The translations under genes and the position numbers were made by a program. A stretch of 64,000 nt of DNA, from the IMG/VR virus record IMGVR_UViG_3300000176_000001; one strand, given 5' to 3'. Origin of the DNA: a virus. Positions 31,388-40,450 of this stretch are shown here, piece by piece; within the stretch, counting starts at the first letter, position 1; each line of letters begins with the position of its first letter. The notes under the pieces are model-generated. The model was not told the DNA's origin. It did no database searches and was given only the letters and a program-made list of their open reading frames with translations.

Positions 31388-32530
31388 TTATTTCTGTGTT
31401 CCTGTGATCTTACCAGCGAGACTAACTTTATGTTTCTTCTCAGCTGGCTTACCCGATAGAGCATCTTCCATAGACTTCTTGCTGTGATGTACGCGCTGTG
31501 CAAACTCATCCTTCTCTGCAGACGTCTTCATGTTGTCATGCATATGAAGGATTTTATGTGCAACCTTAGGATCCATCATGTGCTTCTCACCACTCTTGTG
31601 AGTAAACTTATGTTGACCACGCATAGAGATAACCTTGCGAGCCTGCGCAATTGGATGCTCATCCTCGGTAGAAGGACGTCCTACCTTTGCCTCATCAACT
31701 TGCTCGATCTCTTCCTTGTGCATCTTCTTAAGAGTCATTGCAAGACGAGCACGCTTACCGGCCTTACCACTGTCATGCATGTGTTCTTTCTCGTACTCGG
31801 AGTTAGACACACCCTCACGCTTAGCAGCTGCAGTCATAGCGCCTGGCTTCTTAATAGCGTTAGCGATCCACTTCTTTTCATCTAGGCGAATAAAACCTTC
31901 TTCTAGATTCTTAGCGAACACTGCGTTAACGTGATTGATCTCTTCTTTATTCATCGAGCTCATGTCTTTCTCCAATGTATTTTTAGATGCTTGTTGTCTT
32001 TTTTGAATCTCTTTTTGCATATTGCTATGCTGTGTATCTTTTTGCTTGTCAGCATTAACTTCTTTGTTAGAAACTCTAGCATTGGCTGCAGTCTGTAATG
32101 CTCTGGCACTTGCTGGTGCGTTTCTAGCTATAGATCCAACAGGAGCCTTTTGTGTGACTTGCTTACCGCCTGCACTAATAGCTGCATTAACACCCTCGGT
32201 GACTTTAGGAAGCTGGTATGGCCCAGGCTTCTTAACACCGGCTGCCTTGTCTACCGCGCGCTTTAGTGTGTGATATCCTGCCTCAGTCTTGTGTGGAACA
32301 GGAGGTGTTCCTGTCTTAAGATCACCTAGTGCTCTCCTTCTATTCACTGCACCTACAATTTCTGGAGACAACTCGGCAATGTACTCATCACTGATTGTAT
32401 AGTCAGTGACGTTGCTCTTGTCATTGTAACCGGACTGGTCGCCGTTTTGGCGACCAGTACCGTTACCGATTGTAGGCTTGTCCATGGGCTCTTTTTTCTT
32501 TCTTCCCATGACTTTTTCAAATATATTCAT
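31388..32530 (-). CDS. Probable capsid-internal protein precursor
   Basis: Lys/His-rich modules separated by IAE, VTE, LEE and EEIEQVDE; KWIANAIKKPGA module. Confidence 0.55.
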   Translation of the reverse strand: MNIFEKVMGRKKKEPMDKPTIGNGTGRQNGDQSGYNDKSNVTDYTISDEYIAELSPEIVGAVNRRRALGDLKTGTPPVPHKTEAGYHTLKRAVDKAAGVKKPGPYQLPKVTEGVNAAISAGGKQVTQKAPVGSIARNAPASARALQTAANARVSNKEVNADKQKDTQHSNMQKEIQKRQQASKNTLEKDMSSMNKEEINHVNAVFAKNLEEGFIRLDEKKWIANAIKKPGAMTAAAKREGVSNSEYEKEHMHDSGKAGKRARLAMTLKKMHKEEIEQVDEAKVGRPSTEDEHPIAQARKVISMRGQHKFTHKSGEKHMMDPKVAHKILHMHDNMKTSAEKDEFAQRVHHSKKSMEDALSGKPAEKKHKVSLAGKITGTQK

Positions 32531-33567
32531 TATTCTACTTCATGCTGTTGTGCAATTGATGCAATCATCTCTAACTCAGCATCAGAGAACTCAACTTCTT
32601 CTTTAGCAAGTCTTGATTTAATTTCATTTTTCTTTGATGCAACGTCTTGCTTGTTGATCATACCAGATTTTGTAGTTCTCATCGCTGATGCTGGCTTTGC
32701 ATCTTTTAGTTTATCTCTTTTAAAATAATCTGATGACGTTTTACCAGGCTCGTTGCGTCCATAAGCATCTGTGTGTGCTTTAGTGTCAGCGTGTTCACCG
32801 GCTTTTTCGCCATGCTTCTTTACGATCGCGGCTTTGATTCTGTCGCCTTGGTCGTGAACTTTATCGCCGTAGTTGTAGTCGGCGTCGGGATGCTGAGTAG
32901 CAGCGTACGCGTGTATCTTCTTCTTTAAGCTGATCTCGTCGATCTGTTCAACTTCTTCCTTCATTGCTTTATGGCGTGCCATTGCACGGTCAATTTCATC
33001 ATCGTCATATGAATAATTCTTCTTTGCGAGTTGCTTTTTAAAGTGACCATGTTCTTTATCTCCAAGGACATGTCTTATCTTTTCATGCGAGTCAGCGTCA
33101 CCGACTTGTGAATTATCAGCATGAACAGCTCCAGTAACACGATGATGAATAGCAGAAGCCACATCTTTACCATGGGAGGTTTCAATTTTAGACTTTATAT
33201 CGTCTGCTTTCTTTTTACTACTTTTGATACTAGCAGGACTAGCATCAGACTCATGTCCATAATGCGCATTACTAAGATGATGATACAAGTTAGCTGCCAT
33301 ATGACCTAAACTAGCTTCAGTGATATGCTCGACTTCTTCTTTCTTTACACTCTCACACATGCAAGGTGACTTACCGCATGATGGGCATTTAGCTTCCATC
33401 ATCTTCTTCTTTTTATGAAGAATATTAAAGTCACCCTTATCGATCTTACCATTATGGTTCTTATCGATATTCTTAGCTTGTGCAGGAGTTAGTTTCTTCT
33501 CAAGGATCTCTCTAGCAGCCGCAATCATGGCTTCCGATAGACCTAAGTTTCCATTTGATTTTAGCAT
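32530..33567 (-). CDS. Probable capsid-internal protein precursor
   Basis: EF-hand-like DKNHNGKIDKGDF; EEVEHITE and EEVEQIDE linkers. Confidence 0.55.
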   Translation of the reverse strand: MLKSNGNLGLSEAMIAAAREILEKKLTPAQAKNIDKNHNGKIDKGDFNILHKKKKMMEAKCPSCGKSPCMCESVKKEEVEHITEASLGHMAANLYHHLSNAHYGHESDASPASIKSSKKKADDIKSKIETSHGKDVASAIHHRVTGAVHADNSQVGDADSHEKIRHVLGDKEHGHFKKQLAKKNYSYDDDEIDRAMARHKAMKEEVEQIDEISLKKKIHAYAATQHPDADYNYGDKVHDQGDRIKAAIVKKHGEKAGEHADTKAHTDAYGRNEPGKTSSDYFKRDKLKDAKPASAMRTTKSGMINKQDVASKKNEIKSRLAKEEVEFSDAELEMIASIAQQHEVE

Positions 33568-33568
33568 G

Positions 33569-34441
33569 TTAGTATCCTTCTACTTCTACTTGTTGACCGT
33601 GTTTCATGTGCTCAGGCATCTTGACAATATACTTTTTTCTATCTAGTGTCTTTATGACAGACGAACCTTTGTGCTTATCAGAGATCTTATCTGCCGTGTC
33701 ATAGTCTACTAGGTGGGTGTTACCATCCTTAGCTAAAACCTTACCAAATGTAGCATGATCCTTGACGTGATAACCCTCAAAGATAACCTCTTCCTTCATA
33801 GGCGCACCTTTCTGTCCGATCTCTTTATTGGCCTTCTTACGACCCTTCTTAGCAGAGTCGTCCTCATCTGTCTCTGAGTTAACCTTGTCATCTGTCTTTG
33901 GATTAAGCTCGACCTCAGTAGTTCCACCTTTGACCTTCTTGGCGTCATCAAGATCATGGTCTTCGCTGTCGGTTGGCTTTGTCTTCTTTGAGCTAGGTGA
34001 CGGTGAATTCTTTTTGTCAGTAACCTCTACATCATCAAAGTTTTTATCTTTTGCCTCTGTGATCTTAGGCATTTTAGGTTGAAACATACTAGGAGTATTA
34101 TTCCAAACATTAGGCATCTTTGGAGTACTGCCTGTAGTAGTTACCGGAGTCTGAGAATTAGCAGGCGATGACATATTGTCAGGAGGACCCTTACCAAACA
34201 TAATGTCCTCTTTCTCGACTTTTTTCTTCTCGTCGATAATCTTAGTCTTAATCTCGCCTTGCTTTGCTAGCTCTGACTTAGGAGACATAACATTGTCATC
34301 CATGTGCTTTGGATTACGCTTATTAAATGTCTCGCGATCAACATTCTCGACATCCTTCATGCGGATCTTCGAGTTGCGATTCATGGCCATCTCTCTGATG
34401 ACGGACTCTAGAGACTTAAACTTGTTTTCCATCTTAGACAA
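33569..34441 (-). CDS. Probable capsid-internal protein
   Basis: Highly charged low-complexity sequence; ITE and KEEVIFE sites. Confidence 0.5.
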   Translation of the reverse strand: MSKMENKFKSLESVIREMAMNRNSKIRMKDVENVDRETFNKRNPKHMDDNVMSPKSELAKQGEIKTKIIDEKKKVEKEDIMFGKGPPDNMSSPANSQTPVTTTGSTPKMPNVWNNTPSMFQPKMPKITEAKDKNFDDVEVTDKKNSPSPSSKKTKPTDSEDHDLDDAKKVKGGTTEVELNPKTDDKVNSETDEDDSAKKGRKKANKEIGQKGAPMKEEVIFEGYHVKDHATFGKVLAKDGNTHLVDYDTADKISDKHKGSSVIKTLDRKKYIVKMPEHMKHGQQVEVEGY

Positions 34442-34874
34442 CCTTTGTTATGGATCTTAGCATCCAATGATGCTTATAGTGTACATCTATTCTATCTTGT
34501 AGAAAGTTAGAATAGCCTACAGAGTTTTGTGCATCTGCGAGCTTTTGTGTATCTTTTAATAACTTAATAACGTTAAGGTTATCATCCATCAGTTTTGTCA
34601 TCATCGACAGAGGAGGTGGAATATTAGTTTCATCCTTAACGATAGATAGCTCGCTGAATCTAATAAAAGATCCAGGAGCATATCCATTCGATGTTCTAAT
34701 CTCTTCGGCGTGTCTGTCGACTGAATCGAAGATATCTTCATACATCTTTTGAAGGAACTTATGATTGCTATAAAAGTTTGGACCCTCCACATTCCAATGG
34801 AAATAGTGTGTCTTTAGGTACAGCGCGAAAACGCTGGCCAAGCAAACTTTCATCTGTTCAATCAGTTCATCCAT
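34434..34874 (-). CDS. dps: Dps/ferritin-like protein
   Basis: HYFHWNVEGPNF..NHKF, D..AE.IR, K..WML. Confidence 0.9.
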   Translation of the reverse strand: MDELIEQMKVCLASVFALYLKTHYFHWNVEGPNFYSNHKFLQKMYEDIFDSVDRHAEEIRTSNGYAPGSFIRFSELSIVKDETNIPPPLSMMTKLMDDNLNVIKLLKDTQKLADAQNSVGYSNFLQDRIDVHYKHHWMLRSITKVV

Positions 34875-35138
34875 TACTTTGTTACCTTCTTCTTCGTAAC
34901 TCTCTTAGGCTTAACAGGAGTAGGAGAGGCTTGTACAGCTTTCTTTCTGCCTCTCTTAGGCTTAACTGGCTCTTCTACGGCTTCAATAACAGGCTCAGGC
35001 GCAGGTGCAACTTCAGGTTCCTTAGGTTGCTCTGGCTCAGCCTTTACAGTCTCTTTAACACTCATTAGACGAGTTAGACCCCATCCAGCTAGTGCTATAA
35101 ATGCTATAACTAACAGTATTTCAAAGTTCTCGTTCATT

Positions 35139-35765
35139 TCAATCTCCATCTTTAAATATTTTAATAGAACCATCTGGTTGGGCATGATATGCCACAAACT
35201 TAACACCAGGGTGTTCCTTCTTCATTGCTAGCAAGGCTCTCAAATTAGTCTTACTATCGTCATACATCATCACTTTTTTATATCCATGTTTCTGTATGTA
35301 GTCTTTGATTATTCTTGTCTTTGCTACTGCCGGTGACTCATTAGATTTTTGAATGTTACCAGCGCGATGGACATGAATGTCATCAATATCAATTCCTTGA
35401 TTCTTAAATGTCTTTAAGAACTTATCTTTATCATCAAAGTCAGATCTTGCAGTATTTATAATTACTTTGCTGTGTGGATTCTTCTTCACTGTACCATGTA
35501 TTCTCTTAACTTTGCTTATCATCTTGTGTATAGGATGTGACTCATCATGAAACTTTTTTGCAGACTTAAACTCTTTAAAGTCATACTTTTCACCTGGTTT
35601 TAATTTATAGTCATTAAACTGAGAGTTACTGAGATACTTAACTATCTTACCACTACTATTTCTAACACGTACTTTAGCTGTAGTGTGAAACATCGTGTCA
35701 TCTATGTCAAATACATGCAACGCTGGTTTCTTCTCTTCATCTAAGAATTGTGTAAATCTAATCAT
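35139..35765 (-). CDS. HAD-superfamily phosphatase, RNA-repair-like
   Basis: FDIDDT, NTAR, K, YDDS..N; start reassigned to MIRFTQFLDE. Confidence 0.7.
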   Translation of the reverse strand: MIRFTQFLDEEKKPALHVFDIDDTMFHTTAKVRVRNSSGKIVKYLSNSQFNDYKLKPGEKYDFKEFKSAKKFHDESHPIHKMISKVKRIHGTVKKNPHSKVIINTARSDFDDKDKFLKTFKNQGIDIDDIHVHRAGNIQKSNESPAVAKTRIIKDYIQKHGYKKVMMYDDSKTNLRALLAMKKEHPGVKFVAYHAQPDGSIKIFKDGD

Positions 35766-35766
35766 G

Positions 35767-36102
35767 TCAGCAATGCCACTTTCTAAGTGCCTTATTGATG
35801 CGTGAATCAGGATCATGAGCAGTCTTAGATCCCGTTAGTCTCTTCTTCATTCCACCCATTCTTGCACAGAATGACTTACGACGATTTGCAGCCTTACTAC
35901 CAGCCTTTAACTTAGAAGGCTCTGCAGTGACTGCAGTCTTAAGATGATGCCCTGGATTCTCTCTATTGTATCTATCAACACCAGCTTTAGACATACCGCC
36001 AGAAGGATTCTGATCCTTCTTGTTTAACTCTTCAAGATGCTTACCGCAAGTGCAGTTACCGTTACACTCAAATAAGTTTGAAAACTCTATAAAACTCTTC
36101 AT
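35767..36102 (-). CDS. Small basic phage protein (DUF6321-like)
   Basis: RRKSFCARM...SRINKALRKWHC. Confidence 0.65.
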   Translation of the reverse strand: MKSFIEFSNLFECNGNCTCGKHLEELNKKDQNPSGGMSKAGVDRYNRENPGHHLKTAVTAEPSKLKAGSKAANRRKSFCARMGGMKKRLTGSKTAHDPDSRINKALRKWHC

Positions 36103-36764
36103 TCACCACCGTCACCCGAGCTTGAACTCTTACCTGGATAAGCAGAGTGCATCTTCATGTCAGAGCCTCTGAACTTCTTCTTTTCAACAGGAATCTTCTT
36201 GCCTGAAGCGTCTCTGACATACATCTCTTTGACAACTCTCTTAATTGTCGATAGGGTCTTACTATAACCTGGAGTCTGGCTTTTGTACACATCTGTTAGA
36301 GCAGTTGTGCCCATAAATCTGCTTGATGGATCATCAGAATTGTGTGATACTTTCTCAGCACCAGTATACTCTTCTTTTTTAGATTGAGAATCTATAAAGT
36401 CCTGCTTTGAAGGTGCACCCTTTGAACCGGGCTTACGCATATGCTCACCAGAGCCATGCTTGATTCTTTCTCTCTTTGCGTGAATGTTATCCCAAAGACC
36501 ACGCTTTTCTAATAGATCTTTATCGATTTCTGTTGCAGCTCCACCGGCTATAAATGAGTTGACCCTATTAAAAGCTAATTGCTCGTCTAGAGATGCGGCA
36601 AAGCCTCTCTTGTACACTTCTAAAAGTGTATCAAAAGAAATGCCACTCTGCTCTGACTTCTTATATAGGGAGATAATTTGCTTATGCGAAGGGGCTACGG
36701 CAACCCCCTGTTGCTCTACGAAAACTAGCTGAGGACTAGATTGGAGACTTATTTCTTTCGACAT
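36099..36764 (-). CDS. Probable capsid-internal protein
   Basis: GLWDNIHAKR..IK.GSGE.MRKPGSKGAP module; late promoter upstream. Confidence 0.55.
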   Translation of the reverse strand: MSKEISLQSSPQLVFVEQQGVAVAPSHKQIISLYKKSEQSGISFDTLLEVYKRGFAASLDEQLAFNRVNSFIAGGAATEIDKDLLEKRGLWDNIHAKRERIKHGSGEHMRKPGSKGAPSKQDFIDSQSKKEEYTGAEKVSHNSDDPSSRFMGTTALTDVYKSQTPGYSKTLSTIKRVVKEMYVRDASGKKIPVEKKKFRGSDMKMHSAYPGKSSSSGDGGE

Positions 36765-36831
36765 TGGTGTTTCCCTTAGGCTTAACCAAACAACAACGCA
36801 GGATTGCCGTAGCTTTCTGCAGCATTTGTAT

Positions 36832-38865
36832 TTATATTTTAGTACGCTTTGGCTTAGGCGGTTTCTTTGTTGCTAATGGCTTTTTTGCTGGTAAAGTCTT
36901 CTGCGTTGTTGCAGCTGGCTTAGTAGCAGCCGGTGTACCCCTTAGTTTATTGTTTTTCTTTTCCATCTCTTTCATGATCTCTCTGCGCTGTTGCTCTTTT
37001 CTAGCTTTCACACCAATAACGTCATCACGCTTGGCATATTTTCCAAGTGATATAGGATTAGTATCTTGATCGATCTTAATGTCCATACCCTGCTTAATAT
37101 CATTAAACAATTCCTTAGCATGCTCATCTTGCATATCTTTAGGAAGACCTTTCTTAAACTCACCAAACTTATTATTGATGGCATGTGATCTCTGTCTGGT
37201 AGCTGATACACTTGATGGATCCTCGGCATCAGCGTCAGGGTCTCTTGTTCCTGCTGAGACGACATCGATTCTCTTAAAGTTATACTCTTTACCATTATAT
37301 GTATCGAGTAACTTCTTAAACTCATCGACACGATCTGATCCAGCAACCATTATGAGATGATCGATGCCCTTGGCAGCTAGCTTCTTTGCTTGCTCAATAA
37401 CAGTAGGTGCATCTTTACCAGCAGCCTCTACATTAACACCAGGGAACATGCGCTTAGCGTGCTTTACCTTTTGTTCCGGTGTAAGTGGATTTTTCTCTGG
37501 ATCTTGTGTTCCTGAAAGCACAACGGTGTGACCGGCTTTTCTGTCTTTAGCTAACTCAAGTACCTTATCTGTAAGTACTTTATGACCAGCAGTAGGTGGA
37601 TTCATACGGCCAAATGCCATGACATGCGGGTTCTTAGTATCTGACTCCTCTGCAGGAGTAGCATCAGGGTCACCCTTACCACGATTATTAGCAAAATTAT
37701 TCTTACTGAACTCTGCACGATCCACGAGTTTTGTAGGTCTACCATTACGTGTAGCAACAAATCCTTCTGGCTTAACTTCTTTACCGCCGACGGTGTGCTT
37801 ATATGGTGTAGGGTTTCCTATAGCCTTGACAAGGACATCTTTAGCCTTTTGTAGATGACTGTGCATCTCAAAGAGTTTCTTAAACTCATCTTTCTTTTCT
37901 TTGGCATGGTCTATGACCTCGTCTGCAGCTGCAGCTATCTTCTGCTTGCCCTTGTCAGACTTAGCCTTATCCACATCTTTCTTTTTCTTAGCTTCAAGGA
38001 ACTGTATGTATCCTCCAATAGAAGGAATGGTGTCATCACGAACTGTCGAGTTGATATATGTCTTCATTGTTATCTCATGCTTCTCTAGATCATCTAGAGT
38101 TGCAGGATCCATCTCAGAGTATACTTTTGCAGCTTCTTCTTTATGCTTCTCAAACTCTTTCTGCATCGAGGAAGAGTAGCGTGTCTTAGACTGGTCAATC
38201 TGTGGATTGATTATATTGACATCAGGATCTTTCTGGAAAGCGTCCTGATCCACATCAAAACCTGCTTTCATGTCATCCAAGCTTTTACCTTCATACTTCG
38301 TGTGTACGACAAACCCCATTTCAGACTTATTAATCTTACGACCTTCAGGACCGTTTTTAGGAATAGAGTAAGTGATCGTATTAGGCGTAAAGCTATAATC
38401 GCTTGAGTTCTCATCTCCTGATAGATCTCCTTTATCATACATGAAGTCGCCTTGGTAGACTCCCTCAGGTTTACCCTTCTCATTCTTTGGCATGATCTTT
38501 GGTAAATGTTCTAGCGCGGCTTTAAGCTTAGCTACTAGACCAGGAGAGTGGCCATGATTGTTCTCAATGTCTTTAACTGTATAGTTGATCTTAGGCTCCT
38601 TGTTAAACACAGACTTGGATCCTACGAAGAATTTACCATTCTCTGGATTAATACCAAATACAATTGATGGAGATCCATCATACTTTGTCGTTATCGTAGA
38701 TCCACCAGCACCTGTCTTAAGAAAGTTATCGATGTCATCGAGAGTATCTGCTGCGTGTCCTACGCCTTCATGGCCACCATGGATTATGTGATCCTCGGCG
38801 TGCTCAAGATGCTTGAGCTTATCAACGTCTAAAGATTCAACTAAGAATGTTTTAAATGTTATCAT
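36832..38865 (-). CDS. Fusion of an RNA-ligase-like domain (DUF6267-like) and an HxGH-type cytidylyltransferase-like domain
   Basis: TKYDGSP (KxDG), YQGDF, PEGFV, TKLV; then FGRMNPPTAGH, AGSDR, SAT. Confidence 0.7.
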   Translation of the reverse strand: MITFKTFLVESLDVDKLKHLEHAEDHIIHGGHEGVGHAADTLDDIDNFLKTGAGGSTITTKYDGSPSIVFGINPENGKFFVGSKSVFNKEPKINYTVKDIENNHGHSPGLVAKLKAALEHLPKIMPKNEKGKPEGVYQGDFMYDKGDLSGDENSSDYSFTPNTITYSIPKNGPEGRKINKSEMGFVVHTKYEGKSLDDMKAGFDVDQDAFQKDPDVNIINPQIDQSKTRYSSSMQKEFEKHKEEAAKVYSEMDPATLDDLEKHEITMKTYINSTVRDDTIPSIGGYIQFLEAKKKKDVDKAKSDKGKQKIAAAADEVIDHAKEKKDEFKKLFEMHSHLQKAKDVLVKAIGNPTPYKHTVGGKEVKPEGFVATRNGRPTKLVDRAEFSKNNFANNRGKGDPDATPAEESDTKNPHVMAFGRMNPPTAGHKVLTDKVLELAKDRKAGHTVVLSGTQDPEKNPLTPEQKVKHAKRMFPGVNVEAAGKDAPTVIEQAKKLAAKGIDHLIMVAGSDRVDEFKKLLDTYNGKEYNFKRIDVVSAGTRDPDADAEDPSSVSATRQRSHAINNKFGEFKKGLPKDMQDEHAKELFNDIKQGMDIKIDQDTNPISLGKYAKRDDVIGVKARKEQQRREIMKEMEKKNNKLRGTPAATKPAATTQKTLPAKKPLATKKPPKPKRTKI

Positions 38866-40073
38866 TTTAGTAAATCTTTCTTTAGTTGATCAATTTTAGA
38901 TTTTGAATTAGATTTAGCAGCTTCAAGTGAATTCTTAAATTTCTCTGAATAACTTTTTACGACACTATTATTTGGCCAAATAACAGCGCGTGCATTAGAA
39001 AAACCACCTTGATTTAAACCTTGTGCTTCTGATTTAATTAAAAACATTGCTGGTGAATATATATCATCTTTATTAGAGACAAAAGCAGGACCACCTAATA
39101 ATGGATTTACAGTAGTGTGATAACTACCTTGTAATTTAAATACATTAAGTCCTTTTCCTGCAACTGGAATAAACTTTATATCTCCATCTATAAGAATTGA
39201 ACAATTATTTAAACCTATAACTCCTGTAGAATAGTCTTTACCAAACATAACTTTATAAGCTACAGAAGCATCGCTAATTAATTTAGCAAAATTAGATCCT
39301 TTTTTCAATTGATTAAAATCATATCTTCCATTAGAATCTTTACTAAGACCTAAAGCTTTAAATATAGTTTCTACTTCTGTAATAAAATTATCAATTTCTG
39401 GAAATGACTTAGCAGTAGATTTATCAGTAACACCTAAATCTGCGGAGAAACCCCCATATTGTTGGAAATCGCCAGCTTTAGATCCTTTTTTATGAGACAC
39501 AAATATTTTTGATATTGTTCCATCTTTAAATACCATATCCGCTTTAGGTCGACCAGATACTTGCTCAAATATATTAACATCATATGACTGGTTTCCAACA
39601 ACTAATTTAATTGAACCGTATTCATTAATTAAATTTTGAAGTTGGTATTGAGTACTAACAACTTGTTCAGACTCTACAGCTTCAGTTTTATCTGATTCTG
39701 TAAGAACTTTGCTAGGATCTTTAGATAAAAAATAAGCAGCAATTAAGATTACTCTATTTTGCTTTGACATAGACAATGTTGGATCTATATTTTCAAATAC
39801 AGTTTTTGATACACCTGAAACAGATGTTTTTAATCCATCAGGATAAGAACTAAAACTTTTTATTGAGCTTTTGCCGACACGAAAAGCTACGCTTTTAGAG
39901 AAAATATAACATTTCCAACTTAAAGATGATTTTGATAATTCTCTAACAATATCAGAAGCTTCTTTATCGGCTAATATTCGGCTATATAAGGCATCGCGAT
40001 TTTTATTAGCAGAAGCAATAGCTTTTTCCATATCTAGTTCATTTTGAAATTTAGTCATGTAAACCTCTGTCAT
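38862..40073 (-). CDS. AT-rich protein, possible PD-(D/E)XK nuclease
   Basis: PKADMVF...FVSHK...FQQYGG; visibly AT-richer than flanks. Confidence 0.45.
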   Translation of the reverse strand: MTEVYMTKFQNELDMEKAIASANKNRDALYSRILADKEASDIVRELSKSSLSWKCYIFSKSVAFRVGKSSIKSFSSYPDGLKTSVSGVSKTVFENIDPTLSMSKQNRVILIAAYFLSKDPSKVLTESDKTEAVESEQVVSTQYQLQNLINEYGSIKLVVGNQSYDVNIFEQVSGRPKADMVFKDGTISKIFVSHKKGSKAGDFQQYGGFSADLGVTDKSTAKSFPEIDNFITEVETIFKALGLSKDSNGRYDFNQLKKGSNFAKLISDASVAYKVMFGKDYSTGVIGLNNCSILIDGDIKFIPVAGKGLNVFKLQGSYHTTVNPLLGGPAFVSNKDDIYSPAMFLIKSEAQGLNQGGFSNARAVIWPNNSVVKSYSEKFKNSLEAAKSNSKSKIDQLKKDLLK

Positions 40074-40093
40074 GTTTTACTATATTTATAATG

Positions 40094-40126
40094 AAAAAGG
40101 GGTGGACCCTATGGATCCACCCCTCT
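40094..40126 (-). terminator. Rho-independent terminator
   Basis: AGGGGTGGATCC-ATA-GGGTCCACCCCT-TTTT. Confidence 0.75.
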
Positions 40127-40450
40127 CAGTGTTCTAAAAATAGTATGGCCGGGCGGAACCCCACCGTTTTCTCCCAGCTTTTCCTCGATTTTACGACTTG
40201 CCTCTTTGCTGTGCACAAGCAAAACATACCATTCTTTGCAGTTATTTATCAGAAACCCTAGCAAAAATCTGATCCACATTCGCTTTTTTTGTAAAAAAGT
40301 TAGGTGTCCAGCCATCAAATGCTGCACCGAAGTTTAGCTTACGAGACATAGTCTTAGCCTTGTGCTCATCATTGCTCTCAAAGATGATATGGTTAGTCGC
40401 ACTCTCGACTACACCGTACAACGAATCAAACTTCTTTACTTTATAGGATG

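Noticed and set aside
36764-36823. c-di-GMP-I or guanidine-II riboswitch
   Set aside because: Only superficial similarity; it lacks the GEMM P1/P2 core and the paired ACGR loops.
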